From positions 470,610 to 534,609 of the forward strand of contig NW_024055473.1 in NCBI RefSeq assembly GCF_902713615.1: a DNA stretch of 64,000 nucleotides. Reading direction: 5' to 3'. Positions 13,850 to 26,100 of the stretch are shown in pieces. The stretch comes from Scyliorhinus canicula. Its lineage: Eukaryota. Below the pieces are notes generated by a model, which was given only the letters and a program-made list of their open reading frames with translations, had not been told where the DNA came from and searched no databases. How positions within the stretch are numbered: position 1 is the stretch's first letter; every line of letters begins with the position of its first letter. Made by a program: the position numbers and the translations under genes.

Positions 13850-14180
13850 CATAGAACACAGAACATACAATGCAGAAGGAGGCCATTCGGCCCATCGAGT
13901 CTGCACCGACCCACTTAACCAACTTAAGCCCTCACTTCCACTCTATCCCCGTAACCCAATATCCCCTCCTAACCTTTTTTGGTCACTAAGGGCAATTTAT
14001 CATGGCCAATCCAGCTAACCTGCACGTCTTTGGACTGTGGGAGGAAACCGGATCACCTGGCGGAAACCCACGCACACACGGAAAGAAGGTACAGACTCCA
14101 CACAGGCAGTGACACAGCGGGGAATCAAACCTATGTTCCTGGCGCTGTGAAGCCACAGTGCTATCCACTTGTGCTACCGT
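13850..14180 (-). mobile_element. SINE
   Basis: Same family as 10933-11290. Confidence 0.75.
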
Positions 14181-14714
14181 ACTGCCAGTTGCGTGGTGAT
14201 GTGGCATTACTTTTGGTTTATATTGCTATTATTCCGATTTATTTCAATGAAGATAAACTTATACACGGAGATAATTCAAACTGTATTTTAAATCCTAGCG
14301 ATTCCCATTGTTTATTGTAATATATCAGGCACATTGGTTGAACAAACTAGTTTTAAACAATATGGAACCACAAAGGTCACGATGAGATCCCGGCACGAAA
14401 ATACCAACACGTAAAAAGATGTCACTATGAAGCCTGACTCACACAAATATCAATGTTCTGATCTACATGTAAGTGTTTCCATTTTAATCCTACCCATCAG
14501 CTGTGGATATTATATTTTACCTGTTATAGCTGCTCCTATTAATTGAACATGTTGGTGATTTCCGTGCAAAGTTGGACGAATTGGATATTCTGTAGTCTGA
14601 ACTTCAGGGAAACGAGAGAAAGAGAAACACGCGGAGAAGGTGTGAGAGTGAGGGTCAAAAACAGAGAAAGGGGAAACTGGCATAAAGACCGAGCGAGAGA
14701 GCGAACAGACCTTG

Positions 14715-15130
14715 GATTGGATTGGATTGGATTTGTTCATTGTCACGTGTACCGAGGTACAGTGAAAAGTATTTTTCTGCAAGCAGCTCAACAGATCATT
14801 CATAACATGGGAAGAAAAGGGAAGAAAGGAAAATACATAATAGGGCAGCACAAGTTACACAATGTAACTACATAAGCACCGGCATCGGGTGAAGCATACA
14901 TGGTGAAGTGTTAATGAGGTCAGTCCATAAGAATGTCATTTAGGAGTCTAGTAACAGCGGGGAGAAGCTGTTTTTGAGTCTGTTCGTGCGTGTTCTCAGA
15001 CTTTAATATCTCCTGCCCGATGGAAGAAGTTGGAAAAGTGAATAAGCAGGGTGGGAGGGGTCTTTGATTATGCTGCCCGCTTTCCCCAAGCAGCGGGAGG
15101 TGTAGATGGAGTCAATAGTTGGGAGGCAGG
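14715..15130 (-). mobile_element. Rex1/Babar-like LINE 3' fragment
   Basis: (ggatt)n tail and sequence shared with 6390-6765. Confidence 0.6.
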
Positions 15131-15390
15131 TTCGTGTGATGGGGAGAAAGACAGAGGTGGGGGACAGAGAAAGTCTGGGAGAAAGAGGAAGTTAGAAGAT
15201 ATCATTATTCCAGGACGAACGCTGATTGGTGCCCAACTGTAATCAGTTTCGACAGTTTAGCCAATCATGTCTGTCGGAAACGCTCCTCCTTTTCCCAGCA
15301 AGTGCAGCATTCATTCATTTGAATTTCCGCTTTAATACCAGAACATATTCAAAATCTGATTTATTTCAGTTGAACTCTAATCCAGACACC

Positions 15391-15865
15391 ATGTGTTCCC
15401 CATGTTGGTTACTGATAATAATGGTCATGTTGCCCGGTGAGTCGATGTTCTAATGTTCACCGTGTGGTCCGTGTGCTATCTTTACTCCCAGACATTGAAT
15501 ACGTTTTGTGTTTTGTTCCAGGAACAAATGGTGAAGACCCAGTGTCCCAGGAGCGATCTGAGATAACGGTTCTGGAAGGACAGAGCATTAAACTGGACTG
15601 TAGATATTCCATAGCTGTTTTGGAAACTCTATTCTGGTACACTCAGTATCCCGGGAATCCTCCGAGGAATGTAATGAGAATCTATAGTTCGGGCAGTTCA
15701 GATCAGTCTCCAGATTTTCCAGCCAGGTTTTCTGCTGCTTTGCACAAGCAAAACCAAACGGTACCTTTAAGTATCGTCGTGGTTGATCTCTCCGACAGTG
15801 CCGTGTATTTCTGCGCCATGGAGCCCACACTGCTGCAGAGATACAGCGGGTCCCGTCCAAACACT
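15391..15865 (+). CDS. TRAV: TCR alpha/delta V segment, family A, ORF intact
   Basis: Leader 15391-15436 (MCSPCWLLIIMVMLP), GT..AG intron, V exon 15522-15825 with LDC/FWY/YFC. RSS is CACACTG 15826-15832, 24-nt spacer, weak nonamer CCAAACACT. Confidence 0.9.
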
Positions 15866-15870
15866 CACAC

Positions 15871-15904
15871 TGGGAGTTCCAGTCATTTATCTGTAGAGGG
15901 CGCT
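15871..15904 (+). promoter_or_regulatory. RSS-proximal CTCF-like site (upstream module plus core)
   Basis: TGGGAGTTCC-N6-TTATCTGTAGAGGGCGCT. Confidence 0.5.
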
Positions 15905-17389
15905 CTCACATTGACAGACAGACACAGCTGCTCAGCCTGTGAGGTTCACAGTGTCATTGCCAAACCATTGTGTCAACAAACACAACACTAAATATGAACA
16001 AGCGTTTCTACTAAAATGAATTTCACAACTTAATTTACGGTTTGTTAACTCACCCTTTTTATGATCTTTCTATTTCTGTCTGAATTATTGTGTGAACGTT
16101 TTCCATATTCGTTCTCCCCTTCTATGTCTGTTTGATCAAAGTCGGTACACAGTGTCTATATGGCTGGTTTATTTTATTGGTTGACAGACAATTTGTAGAT
16201 AATGAGCACATTTCACAAAGTAGTGGTTGCTTACTTTATAACAAACCCCAAGAATTGAGTCCCCCCCCCCCCCCCCCCCACCCATGTTCATTCTCCTTTC
16301 GAATGTCTGTTTAATGTTTTCTGACACAATTCACAAACCTGTGTTTACGTCCTACAATAACCAGTAAACCCATTCCTAACCCCGTCTGGATCTGTGCAGC
16401 GATTCTTCTTCGAAGGCACTGACTGTATCCCATTCATTCATTGACAGACAGTTCCCCAACAAGAGGTGTGAAACCACAATTGGAGACGCAAGAAAGTGAA
16501 GTGAGAAAATCCTGAGGAAGACAACCGTTTCTTGGTGGTGCGGAATAGAAGTTGTTGCTTCGAATTTCAACTTTGACAGATAAGATAGCGACATTGCGGC
16601 CACGCAGTATCTGGGTTGTATGGGGCTGGTGCGGGCGGGGCATTTCGGAAAGTAATTGTGGAACAAACACATTTCATCGCATTTGCAAATAATGGTTTCA
16701 ATCGGAATTTTAAACACATGACTAATTCCTGTTTGAACATGTATTTCTGATCTGAGTGATGGAAATGTTTCTCGGCTACTGTCCTCAGATGTTGAGACAA
16801 AAGAAGAAGTTGCTATGTTTACTTTCACCTTTGATGCTGCCTTCTTAAACTGCTGCAGTCCATGTGGTGTTAGGGAGGGAGTTCCTGGATTTCACCTGTG
16901 CTGTGTTACTCATGTCAGCAGACAAGCAGTGAGGCAAAAAAAAAAACAGCAACAGCACCTCTCAGGCAGCCAAACTTCTCTCTATCTCTGGGTGGAGAAA
17001 GTGGCTTTGAAGAGTTGATCAGGACCAGGACTCACAGACTGAGTTTATGGTGGACAACAGTCCCACTCCCGTAGTTTGCACTGTTCCTCAACGCTCAGTC
17101 TGTTGGGATTTCGACAGAATCTCGGGCAGATGCAGCCACATTGAGCAATGGCGATGTCAGCCGCTCAAACCCACACCTGGTGGAAACCACATTAATCTCG
17201 AATCAAACTGTCACCCACCTGTTTCCAGCAGCGGCAGTAGAAATAAACTGCAGAATCTGATCGATCATCAAACCAGTCTCCAGGGTAACCCGTCCTTGCT
17301 CTTTCTGATCAGCTGTTAATTCTCTGAAACTCAGGGCTGGATGTTCAGATCAGCTCCGGCAAAGATGTTTCTGACCCTTCAACCAGTAC

Positions 17390-17600
17390 CACTGGCGTCA
17401 CTCAGTTTACAGACTCACGTCACTAAATCTGCAGGGTGACGTCACACGTGTCCTCAGTCTGACCCCACAGAGGCGATGCTCTGCCGCGTGCGCATTCTCC
17501 TACCCACACCCCACCCAATGCTGAAGCTCCCTCACAGCTTCACTTTGTGATCACAAGCCCCAGAGACCCGGCTCGGGCGGGCACGGTGCAGTTGGTGTTA
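17390..17600 (+). promoter_or_regulatory. Family B V promoter with CRE
   Basis: TGACGTCA at 17437-17444. The paralog has TGACGTCA at 45422-45429. A GC-box-like gggcggg is near 17575. Confidence 0.55.
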
Positions 17601-17696
17601 GACTCAGTTTGATAAACAACAGCGCTGCCTTCGCAGCATTGTCTCTGGTCCTGAAAACTACCGAGAGCTCCTGAACACAGATCGATAGGATCCATC

Positions 17697-18252
17697 ATGA
17701 AGCTGAGATTAACTTTAGTGATTATCTCCCTGAATTTCTTACTCTTCTCTCTGTGTGAGTGTGATCACGATGTCTGGCAGGAATATTTCACACATCAGAT
17801 ATGTCACGTTGTAGTAACATACAGTTTGTTTTATTGTATATATTGTTATGCCATGTTGTATTTGATTGTGCTATATCATATTCTCGCGGTATGTGTGATA
17901 TTAAATTAATCACAATTATTGTACATGTGCATGTTTCTCAGATGTCGCTGGCAGCGAAGAGGTATCACAGTCCCCCGAGTCAATGGTGATTACCGAGGGA
18001 GATGTTGCATCCTTGGCCTGTTCCATCACAGTAGCAGGAAACATCCTACAATGGTACAGACAATCCCCGGATGGCACCATGCTGCACCTGGCGAGCGGTA
18101 CCAGCGATCAGGGCAGGATAACATCTCGGTTCAGTTTTACAGACAAACACGGTGTTCTGAATGTTAGTGACGCTCGCGTGACAGACACCGCCACCTATCT
18201 CTGCGCTGTGAGGCACAGTGAACGGAAGACCATTCAGCGCCGTACAAAAACC
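17697..18252 (+). CDS. TRAV: TCR alpha V segment, family B (short C'-C'' region), intact
   Basis: Leader 17697-17754, V exon 17942-18213 (LAC..QWYRQ..TATYLCAVR). Perfect RSS CACAGTG-23-ACAAAAACC at 18214-18252. Confidence 0.93.
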
Positions 18253-18915
18253 TGCCGTGGTGATTCAGAAAGTGTGTAGCCTGTGCAGTTATCAGAGAGC
18301 AAGGATTTTAGTAACACTCTTCCCTGGATATGCCGCAATGAGTGAGGCCTGTTCATAATTTGCGTTTACATTTTCATATAAGAAAAGAAGGGCCAGAATC
18401 CATTTAAATGCTGTTTTTGTCTGCAGAAGTATCAGCCAGAGAGCACGGATGCCATGGCGCTTTACGATAATAATCATTCTGCCCTTTGGTGAGTTACTAT
18501 TCAAAGGTCGTTATCTATTTCTTGTGTTAAATCAACTTCCAATAGAGACACATTCTACGTTTTGTTACAGGGACGAGTGATGCACAGTACGTCTCCCGGG
18601 ATCCGGCCGAGTTGAAAGCCCTGGAAAAACAGTCAGTAATGTTCAGTTATAATCACTCCATGTGCAAAAGCTTTCTCTGCCTATGTAGGCAGGTCAGTAT
18701 TCCGGATAAGCTGCGAGATATTTACTGAGGAGGTATCGGCCGACACATTGAGCTGCGTCGCAAGATTTCTCAGATCAGTTGATTTGAAGAAGGGCAAATA
18801 AAACAACGGAACTGTTCGTTACACAAACCTGACAATGTTTGTTCTCTGTGGACCTGGGATGAAATTAATCAGGCTGATCAAGACGCTAAAGAAGACGACA
18901 CAAATACTCGCAGAG

Positions 18916-19956
18916 GAGTTTTGAGTGGGTTCTTGGTTTTTATGTTATGCTGCGTTTCACTGCACAGTAAGAGACCTCCAGTGCTGACATTACGAGAAAC
19001 AGTCAAGCATTGTCTTCAGAATCCATCTTTTTACAATCTTACTACATCATTAGTAATTCAGTTTGGAGACTGTGCCGGCTTATGTCCTTATCAGTGGATG
19101 TTCGCTATACCTGGGTTGTATATTAAAGAACAAAGAACAATACAGCACAGTAACAGGCCCTTCGGCCCTCCAAACCTGCGCCGACCACATGTCCGATCTA
19201 GACCAACCGCCTGTACCCTTCTATACCCCGTCTGTTCAGGTCCCTATCCAGATAAGCCTTAAAGGTCGCTAACGTATCTGCCTCAACCACCTCACTTGGC
19301 AGTTCATTCCAGGCTACCACCACCCTCTGTGTAAAACAAATTTCCCCCGCACATCCCCACTGAATCACTCCCCCCCCCCCCCCCCCCCCCGCCCCTCACC
19401 TTGAACTTGTGCCCCCTTGTAATTGAAATTTCCGCCCTGGGAAAAATCCTCTAACTGTTCACCCCATTTATATCCCTAATAATTTTATAAACTTCTATCA
19501 GATCGCCCCTCAGCATCCGTCTCTCAAGGGAGAACAATCCCAGTTTATTCAACCTCTCCTCGTAGCTAATACCCTCCATTCCAGGCAACGTCCTGGTAAA
19601 CTTTTTCCTGTACTCTCTCCAAAGCCTCCACGTTCCTCTGGTAGTGCGGTGACCAGAATTGGACACAGTATTCGAAATATGGCCGAACCAACGTTCTATA
19701 TAATTGTAACATATTCCAATCTAACTTCACTGACGCCCCTTCAAACACAACTACTGTCACCGGGGACAGTGTCATTGGACCTGCAAATAGTCCGACTGTA
19801 AATGTAGAGCATCAAAGGAGCAGAAGCATAAACAGGATGGAGGTAAACCTCTATCTAACGTTATGAGGCTGTGTAAATTTCCATCAATCTGTTAAACTGG
19901 CTTGATGAGTGTAGTCCAGTACTTAATGTGCAAGAACCCAGTTATATTAGACACAT
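18916..19956 (-). pseudogene. Family C V pseudogene interrupted by CR1
   Basis: Leader has TAA. FR1 (PMTLSPVTVVVFEGASVKLD) at 19711-19795, the rest at 18955-19124 with stops. Degenerate RSS CGCAGCA-23-TCAAAACTC. Confidence 0.8.
19125..19710 (-). mobile_element. CR1 3' fragment inserted in the V exon
   Basis: MLQLYRTLVRPYFEYCVQFW translation, (ttctttg)n tail, candidate TSD ATATT on both sides. Confidence 0.85.
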
Positions 19957-20004
19957 ATTAATTGAATCTCTCAGTGAATGGGAATGGAATTAGTTAGAGA
20001 TTGA

Positions 20005-20160
20005 GAGGAGAGAGGGAACCCGGGCTCTGTTCAGCTCATTGTTCCAGCCACACACAGCAGGGGGCCAGGCCCATTATGACATCACTGAGGATACCTCTGA
20101 TTTTGGTCTCACGTGTTTTTCTAATCATCATGCTTGGCCTTTGCGCCCTCTGCTGGTGGA
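20005..20160 (-). promoter_or_regulatory. Family C promoter: CRE-like decamer plus CTCF-like site
   Basis: TGACATCACT at 20077-20086 (AGTGATGTCA on the gene strand); CCAGCAGAGGGCGC at about 20143-20158. Block is shared with 30.5, 47.5, 55.5 and 58.7 kb. Confidence 0.7.
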
Positions 20161-20436
20161 TTCTGTTCAATCCGGTTCAGAATGGAGGCTCCTGAATGGA
20201 CTTGAGATTTATCTATTTGTATGTCAAAACATCAATGTCAGGGATGGGAATTGACTATCTAAATCTGGAATCTACTCATTATTTCTTTCTCTGGCGCTAT
20301 CTGTCGGAAGGCTGGTCTAATCCATTGCACTTTCACTGGGAGGCAGGTCGCAACCACCCCAGAGCTGGAGCAGGAATCCAGACCGTTCTGGCTTTCCAGT
20401 TCCCTGAGCTATCTCCAACTGTCGTTCGCTGGTGAC

Positions 20437-21300
20437 ATGAAAATCGGCGGTGTGCTAAATAGCGAGGAGGAAAGGTGCAGATTGCAGGTTGAGATATACA
20501 GACTGGCCAGATGGGCAGAACAGTGGCAAATGCAATTTAACCCTGAAAAGGGTGAGATGATGCATTTTCGGAGGGTCAACAGTGCAAAAAAATACAAAAT
20601 GAACGGCAGGACGCCAACACGTACAGAGGCAAGGGCAACATTGGTGTTTATGTCCATAGATTCCCAAAAGTAACAGGACAAGTAGAGTGATTAAGAAGAC
20701 ATACGGGATATCTGCCTTCATTAGCTGAGGCATGGAATATAATAGTAGGTCGGTTATTATGGAGCTGCATAAAACGCTGGTTAGCCCGCAGCTGGAGTGT
20801 GCAGTTCTGGTTGCCACATTATGGGAAGGGTGTGATTTCATCAGAGAGGCTGCAGAGGAGATTAATCAGGAGGTTTTCTGGGCAGGTGTGTTTCAGCTAT
20901 GAAGAGAGGCTGGGTAGGCTGGGATTATTGTCCTGAAAACAGAGAAGGCCGAGGAAGACCTGATCGAGGTGTTCAAAATTTTGATGAACATAGAAAGGAA
21001 GAAACCTTTCCCCTCAGTAGAGGCGTCAACAACCAGGGGGCATAGATTTAAGGTAAGGGGCAGACGATTTAGAGAGAATTTGAGTGTGGTGAGATCCTGG
21101 AACTCTTTGCCTGTCACAGGGTGGTCGAGGCGGGAACATTCACAATAGTTAAGGAGCGTTCAGATGAGGACTTGAAACACAATAGCATGCAAGGCTACGG
21201 ACCAAGTGTTAGGAAATTGCTGTAGACTAGATAGGTGCTTGATGGCCGGGGCAAACACGATGCGGCCAAAGAGCATTTCTTTACCGTAAAGCTCTACGAC
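20437..21300 (+). mobile_element. Degenerate CR1 3' fragment
   Basis: QVEIYRLARWAEQWQMQFNPEKGEMMHF; paralog at 47.85-48.7 kb. Confidence 0.75.
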
Positions 21301-21739
21301 TAAGGAGCCTAAGGCAGGGAAACTGCCGATGGCGCCATGAGGCTGCCTCTCTTTAGGTCAAAGAAGGTAAAGGAAAGTCTGAACTAAGTTGCTGAAATTT
21401 AAATGGTCTGTTAATGAAGATCGCTTGGAGCTGTTTCCACGATCAGATACTTGGATAATACAAATATCGAGGAGAAATAAAGCTGAGGAAAATTCCATTC
21501 ATTATCTGCACTGCGATTTGCTAAACTATAGAAGAGGTGTGTAAATAAAGCAAGAAGATTCAACAATAACTTTAGATGTAAATGTAGAGGGATTTACCGG
21601 AGCATGTAGAGAATGCTGTTTGTGAAAGAAGAATAAGTAACTCTTTCAAAGTATCTCGGGCAATATAGATCGTGTGACCTCATCCTTGACTCAAAGTTTC
21701 TAGATTCTAGTCCGTCATCTCCCTCCAAATCTATTTCTT

Positions 21740-22000
21740 CTCAGTGCCTTGCACAGTGAGCAGGTGCAGGATGGTTACGGTGTAGTGAAGATTCAACCGC
21801 CGCTATTTCCGCTCCACCAGTTCCGAGAGTCATCGCACACTTCACTCAATATTGAGACTGCGGTATCCCCGCCCACAGCTTCCGGTTGCTGCTCTCACTC
21901 TGACCCAATTGTGTTACAGGAGAGGTTGCTGCTGGTGGTTCATTCCTCTCATTGGCAGGTTTAGCAGTGCAGTGTAACGGGGATCTGTATTTCTGCCTCT
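21740..22000 (+). promoter_or_regulatory. Family D V promoter block
   Basis: CAGGTG E-box, cgctatttccgc, TGCGGT Runx-like and cagcttccg Ets-like motifs. Homologs at 31420, 49150, 56310 and 60060. Confidence 0.6.
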
Positions 22001-22046
22001 GACACAGGATTTATCTCATTGTCGAGTTACAAACTCAAGGAGGATC

Positions 22047-22591
22047 ATGAGGAACCATCTCGCTTCGCTCCTCATCGTTATCTCACTTCTCAGTCAGTAT
22101 TTCCTTCCCAGCAACACTCCATTCTCTTCCTGACTGCTGTAACCCAGATGTTATTGTTGGTAAAATGACAGTGATAAATTTGCTGATAGTTGTATTACTC
22201 AATATGAAGCTGACTCTGATTGTCATTATCGCTGTTATTTCTGTTAGAATGGAGCCACCAAGATACCGTGGAGCAAAAGCACCCTGAAATAATGGTTCAA
22301 GAGGAAAGTCATGTCACAATAGCCTGCACCTTGAGAAGAAGCGATTCTAACACTTATGTGTACTGGTACAGTCAGCAGACCGGGAAAGCTCCAATGTACA
22401 TGTTTCGTCTTATTGGGCTGAATGTACAAAGAAACACCGACCTCGATGATCGGTTTTCTTCTACGTTTGATAAAACGAACAAGACTACCGAGCTAACGAT
22501 CAGTAACACAATGATCTCTGACAGCGCCGTGTATTTCTGTGCCATGCAGCCCACACTGCAACAGAGATATGGTGGACCCCGTACAAAAAAC
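22047..22591 (+). CDS. TRAV: TCR alpha/delta V segment, family D, ORF intact
   Basis: Leader 22047-22092 (MRNHLASLLIVISLL, donor GTCAGT), V exon 22248-22551 (IAC..YWY..YFCAMQP). RSS CACACTG-24-ACAAAAAAC. Confidence 0.9.
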
Positions 22592-22974
22592 CCACACTGG
22601 CAGTTCCAGCTACTTTCCACCTTCATCGAGAGTTCAGTTTTCATAGTGAGAATGAGAAATATTGTAACAAACCACAACACACAAAAACATCAATAGTGAG
22701 GTCCACTTACACAGTTATTCCAGTTGACAATTGCAGCTCGCTTCTTAATAGATATAAGATTGATGAATCGATCTGTCATTCCTTAACTCCTGCTTCGAGT
22801 TCATATCTTGGTGTGCAGACTCACTCACTCAGTAAACTATCAAGTCTCATTAAACTACAACAAATGCTGCAATTTATGCACATGTCGAGCTTTTCAAATC
22901 ATTACATGTACCAAGGAGTTTCAGAGGAACATTTAGGTCGAATGGTCAAAAGCTTGGTCAATAGTTCGGTTATT

Positions 22975-23145
22975 TGGGGCCACACAGTGGCTGGCACTGT
23001 TGGCTCACAGCGCCAGGGACCCGAATTCAATCCTCGCCTTGGGCGAGTTCATGGCTTTTGTACGTTCTCTCCATATCTGCGATGGTTTCCTCCGGGTGCT
23101 CTGGTTTCCTCCCATAATCCAAAAATATGCAGAATAGGTGGATCA
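22975..23145 (+). mobile_element. SINE 5' portion abutting CR1
   Basis: tRNA-like head and ggtttcctccgggtgctctggtttcctccc body. Confidence 0.6.
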
Positions 23146-26100
23146 GGTGGATTTAATGTATCTCAATTAACTAATCAGAGATGGCTGGGCAGGTGATGTG
23201 CTGTAGCTGTATGATGTGGGAGCTGGCTGTTCCCCTTGTGAATGGCAATGACCACATCTGCAGCAAGTGTTGGTTGCTGGAAGAACTCCGGCTCAGAGTT
23301 GATGATCTGGAATCTGAGCTTCAAACACTGCGGCACATCCGGGAGGGGGAGAGTTACCTGGACAGTTTGTTTCAGGAGGCAGTCACACCTGGGAGATTAA
23401 GTAATTCACATTCAGTAAGTGATCAGGGACTTCAGAGTGTGATTGTTAGTGAGGCAGGCAGGGGGAACCTGAGTTCAGGAGTGCAGGAGCCTCAGCCCTT
23501 GACCTTGTCCAACAGGTATGAGACTCTTGCTCCCTGTATGGATGAGGAAAAGGGCTCTGGACAGGATGAGCCAGCTGACCACGGTACCATGGTGCAGAAG
23601 GCCATTCAAGAGGGGGGAGTAAAAAGACAAGTAGTTGTTATAGGGGATTCTATAATTAGGGGGACAGATAGTATCCTATGCAAGCCGGATCGGGAGTCTC
23701 GCATGGTGTGTTGCCTGCCCGGTGCCAGGGTGCGGGACATCTCTGACCGGCTTGAAAGGATATTGGAGCGGGAGGGGGAGGATCCAGTTGTTGTGGTCCA
23801 CGTTGGGACTAACAACATAGGTAAAGCTAGGGTGGAGGACCTGTTCGGGGACTATCAAGCACTAGGAAGAAAATTGAAATACAGGTCCTCAAGGGTCATA
23901 ATCTCCGGATTACTGCCCGAGCCACGTGCCAATTGGCATAGGGACAAGAAAATTAGGGAAGTAAACACGTGGCTAAGGGATTGGTGTGGGAAAGAGGGAT
24001 TCCACTTCATGGGACATTGGCATCAGTTTTGGAACCGGGGGGATCTGTACCGTTGGGACGGTCTCCACCTGAACCGATCTGGAACCAGTGTTGTAGCGAA
24101 GAGGATAAATAGGGTGGTCAGTAGGACTTTAAACTTCTGAGTTGGGGGGGGAAGGGAAAGTGAAAGCGACAGGGAGCATGGAGTTAAATGCCAAGATACG
24201 CAGGAGGATAACATGTAGGCAGGTGGATTTAAGCTTGAGGCAGACTAGGAATTCAACAAAAAGGAAGGATAACTTTGGACATCTTAGGACTTCCAATATC
24301 TGTAATGATAATAAAGTTAGCATTAAGGCACTTTACCTGAATGCTCGTAGCATTTGTAACAAAGTAGACGAACTAATGGCACAGATCATCGTGAATGATT
24401 ATGATGTGGTAGGCATCACAGAGACATGGCTGCAGGGGGTTCAGGACTGGCAGTTAAACATCCAAGGATATACAACCTATCGAAAAGACAGGAAGGTGGG
24501 CCGAGGGGGTGGGGTTGCCTTGTTAGTTAAGAACAAAATTAAATCTATGGCACTAAACGACATAGGGTCGGATGATGTGGAGTCTGTGTGGGTAGAATTG
24601 AGGAACCACGAAGGCAAAAAAAACATAATGGGAGTTATGTACAGACCTCCTAACAGTGGTCAGGACCAGGGGCGCAACATGTACCGGGAAATAGAAAAGG
24701 CATGTCAGAAAGGCAAGGTCACGGTGATCATGGGGGACTTCAATATGCAGGTGGATTGGGTAAATAACGTAGCCAGTGGATCCAAAGAAAAGGAATTCAT
24801 GGAATGCTTACAAGATGGCTTTTTGGAACAGCTTGTCATGGAGCCCACAAGGGAGCAGGCTATTCTGGACCTAGTGCTATGTAATGAACCAGACTTTATA
24901 AAAGATCTTAAAGTAAGGGAACACTAAGGGAAGCAGCGATCATAATATGGTTGAGTTCAGTCTGCAGTTTGAAAGAGAGAAGGCAAAATCGGATGTAATG
25001 GTGTTACAGTTAAATAAAGGTAATTACGAGGGCATGAGAGAGGAACTGGCGAAAATCGACTGAAGCAGACCCTAGTGGGGAAGACAGCAGAGCAAAAATG
25101 GCAGGAGTTTGTATGCATAATTGAGGACACTGTACAGAGGTTCATCCCCAAGAAAAGAAAGATTATCCGGGGAGGGATTAGACAGCCATGGCTGACAAAG
25201 GAGGTCACGAAATGTATCAAAGAAAAAGAGAGATTCTATAAAGTGGCCAAAAGCACTGGGAAATCAGAAGATTGGGAAGGCTACAAAAACAAACAGGTTA
25301 ACAAAGAGACAAATAAGGAAGGAGAGGATCAAATATGAAGGCAGGCTAGCCAGTAATATAAGAAATGATAGTAAAAGTTTATTTCAATACATAAGAAACA
25401 AACGACAGGCCAAAGTAGACATTGGGCCAATTCAAACTGATTCCGGAAGGCTAGTGATGGGAGACGAGGAAATGGCTGGAGAACTTAATAGGTACTTTGC
25501 GTCTGTCTTCACAGTGGAAGACATGAGTAATATCCCAAAAATGATAGAGGGTCAGGGGGCTGAGTTGAGTATGGTTGCCATTATAAAAGAGATGGTGCTA
25601 AAAAAGCTAAAAGGCCTTAAAATTGACAAATCTCCTGGCCCCGATGGGCTACACCCTAGAGTTCTGAGAGAGGTGGCTGAAGAAATAGCGGAAGCGTTGG
25701 TTGAGATCTTTCAAAAATCACTGGAGTCAGGGAACGTCCCGGACGATTGGAAGATCGCTGTTGTAACCCCCTTGTTCAAGAAAGGATCAAGACAAAAGAT
25801 GGAAAATTATAGGCCAATTAGCCTAACCTCGGTTGTTGGTAAAATTCTAGAATCGATCGTTAAGGATGAGATTTCTAAATTCTTGGAAGAGCAGGGTCGG
25901 ATTCGAACAAGTCAACATGGATTTAGTAAGGGGAGGTCGTGCCTGACGAACCTGTTAGAATTCTTTGAGGAGGTGACAAGTAGGTTAGACCAGGGAAACC
26001 CAGTGGACGTGGTCTATCTGGATTTCCACAAGGCCTTTGATAAGGTGCCACACAGGAGGCTGCTGAGTAAGGTGAGGGCCCATGGTGTTCGAGGTGAGCT

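Noticed and set aside
16376-16828. 150-aa minus ORF containing CLFHNYFP, C-domain-like
   Set aside because: The frame is not conserved in the paralog at 44.4 kb, and Ig core residues are missing.
21750-21756. CACAGTG in family D promoters (also about 49163)
   Set aside because: No nonamer at 12 or 23 nt, and not kept in the other three promoter copies.
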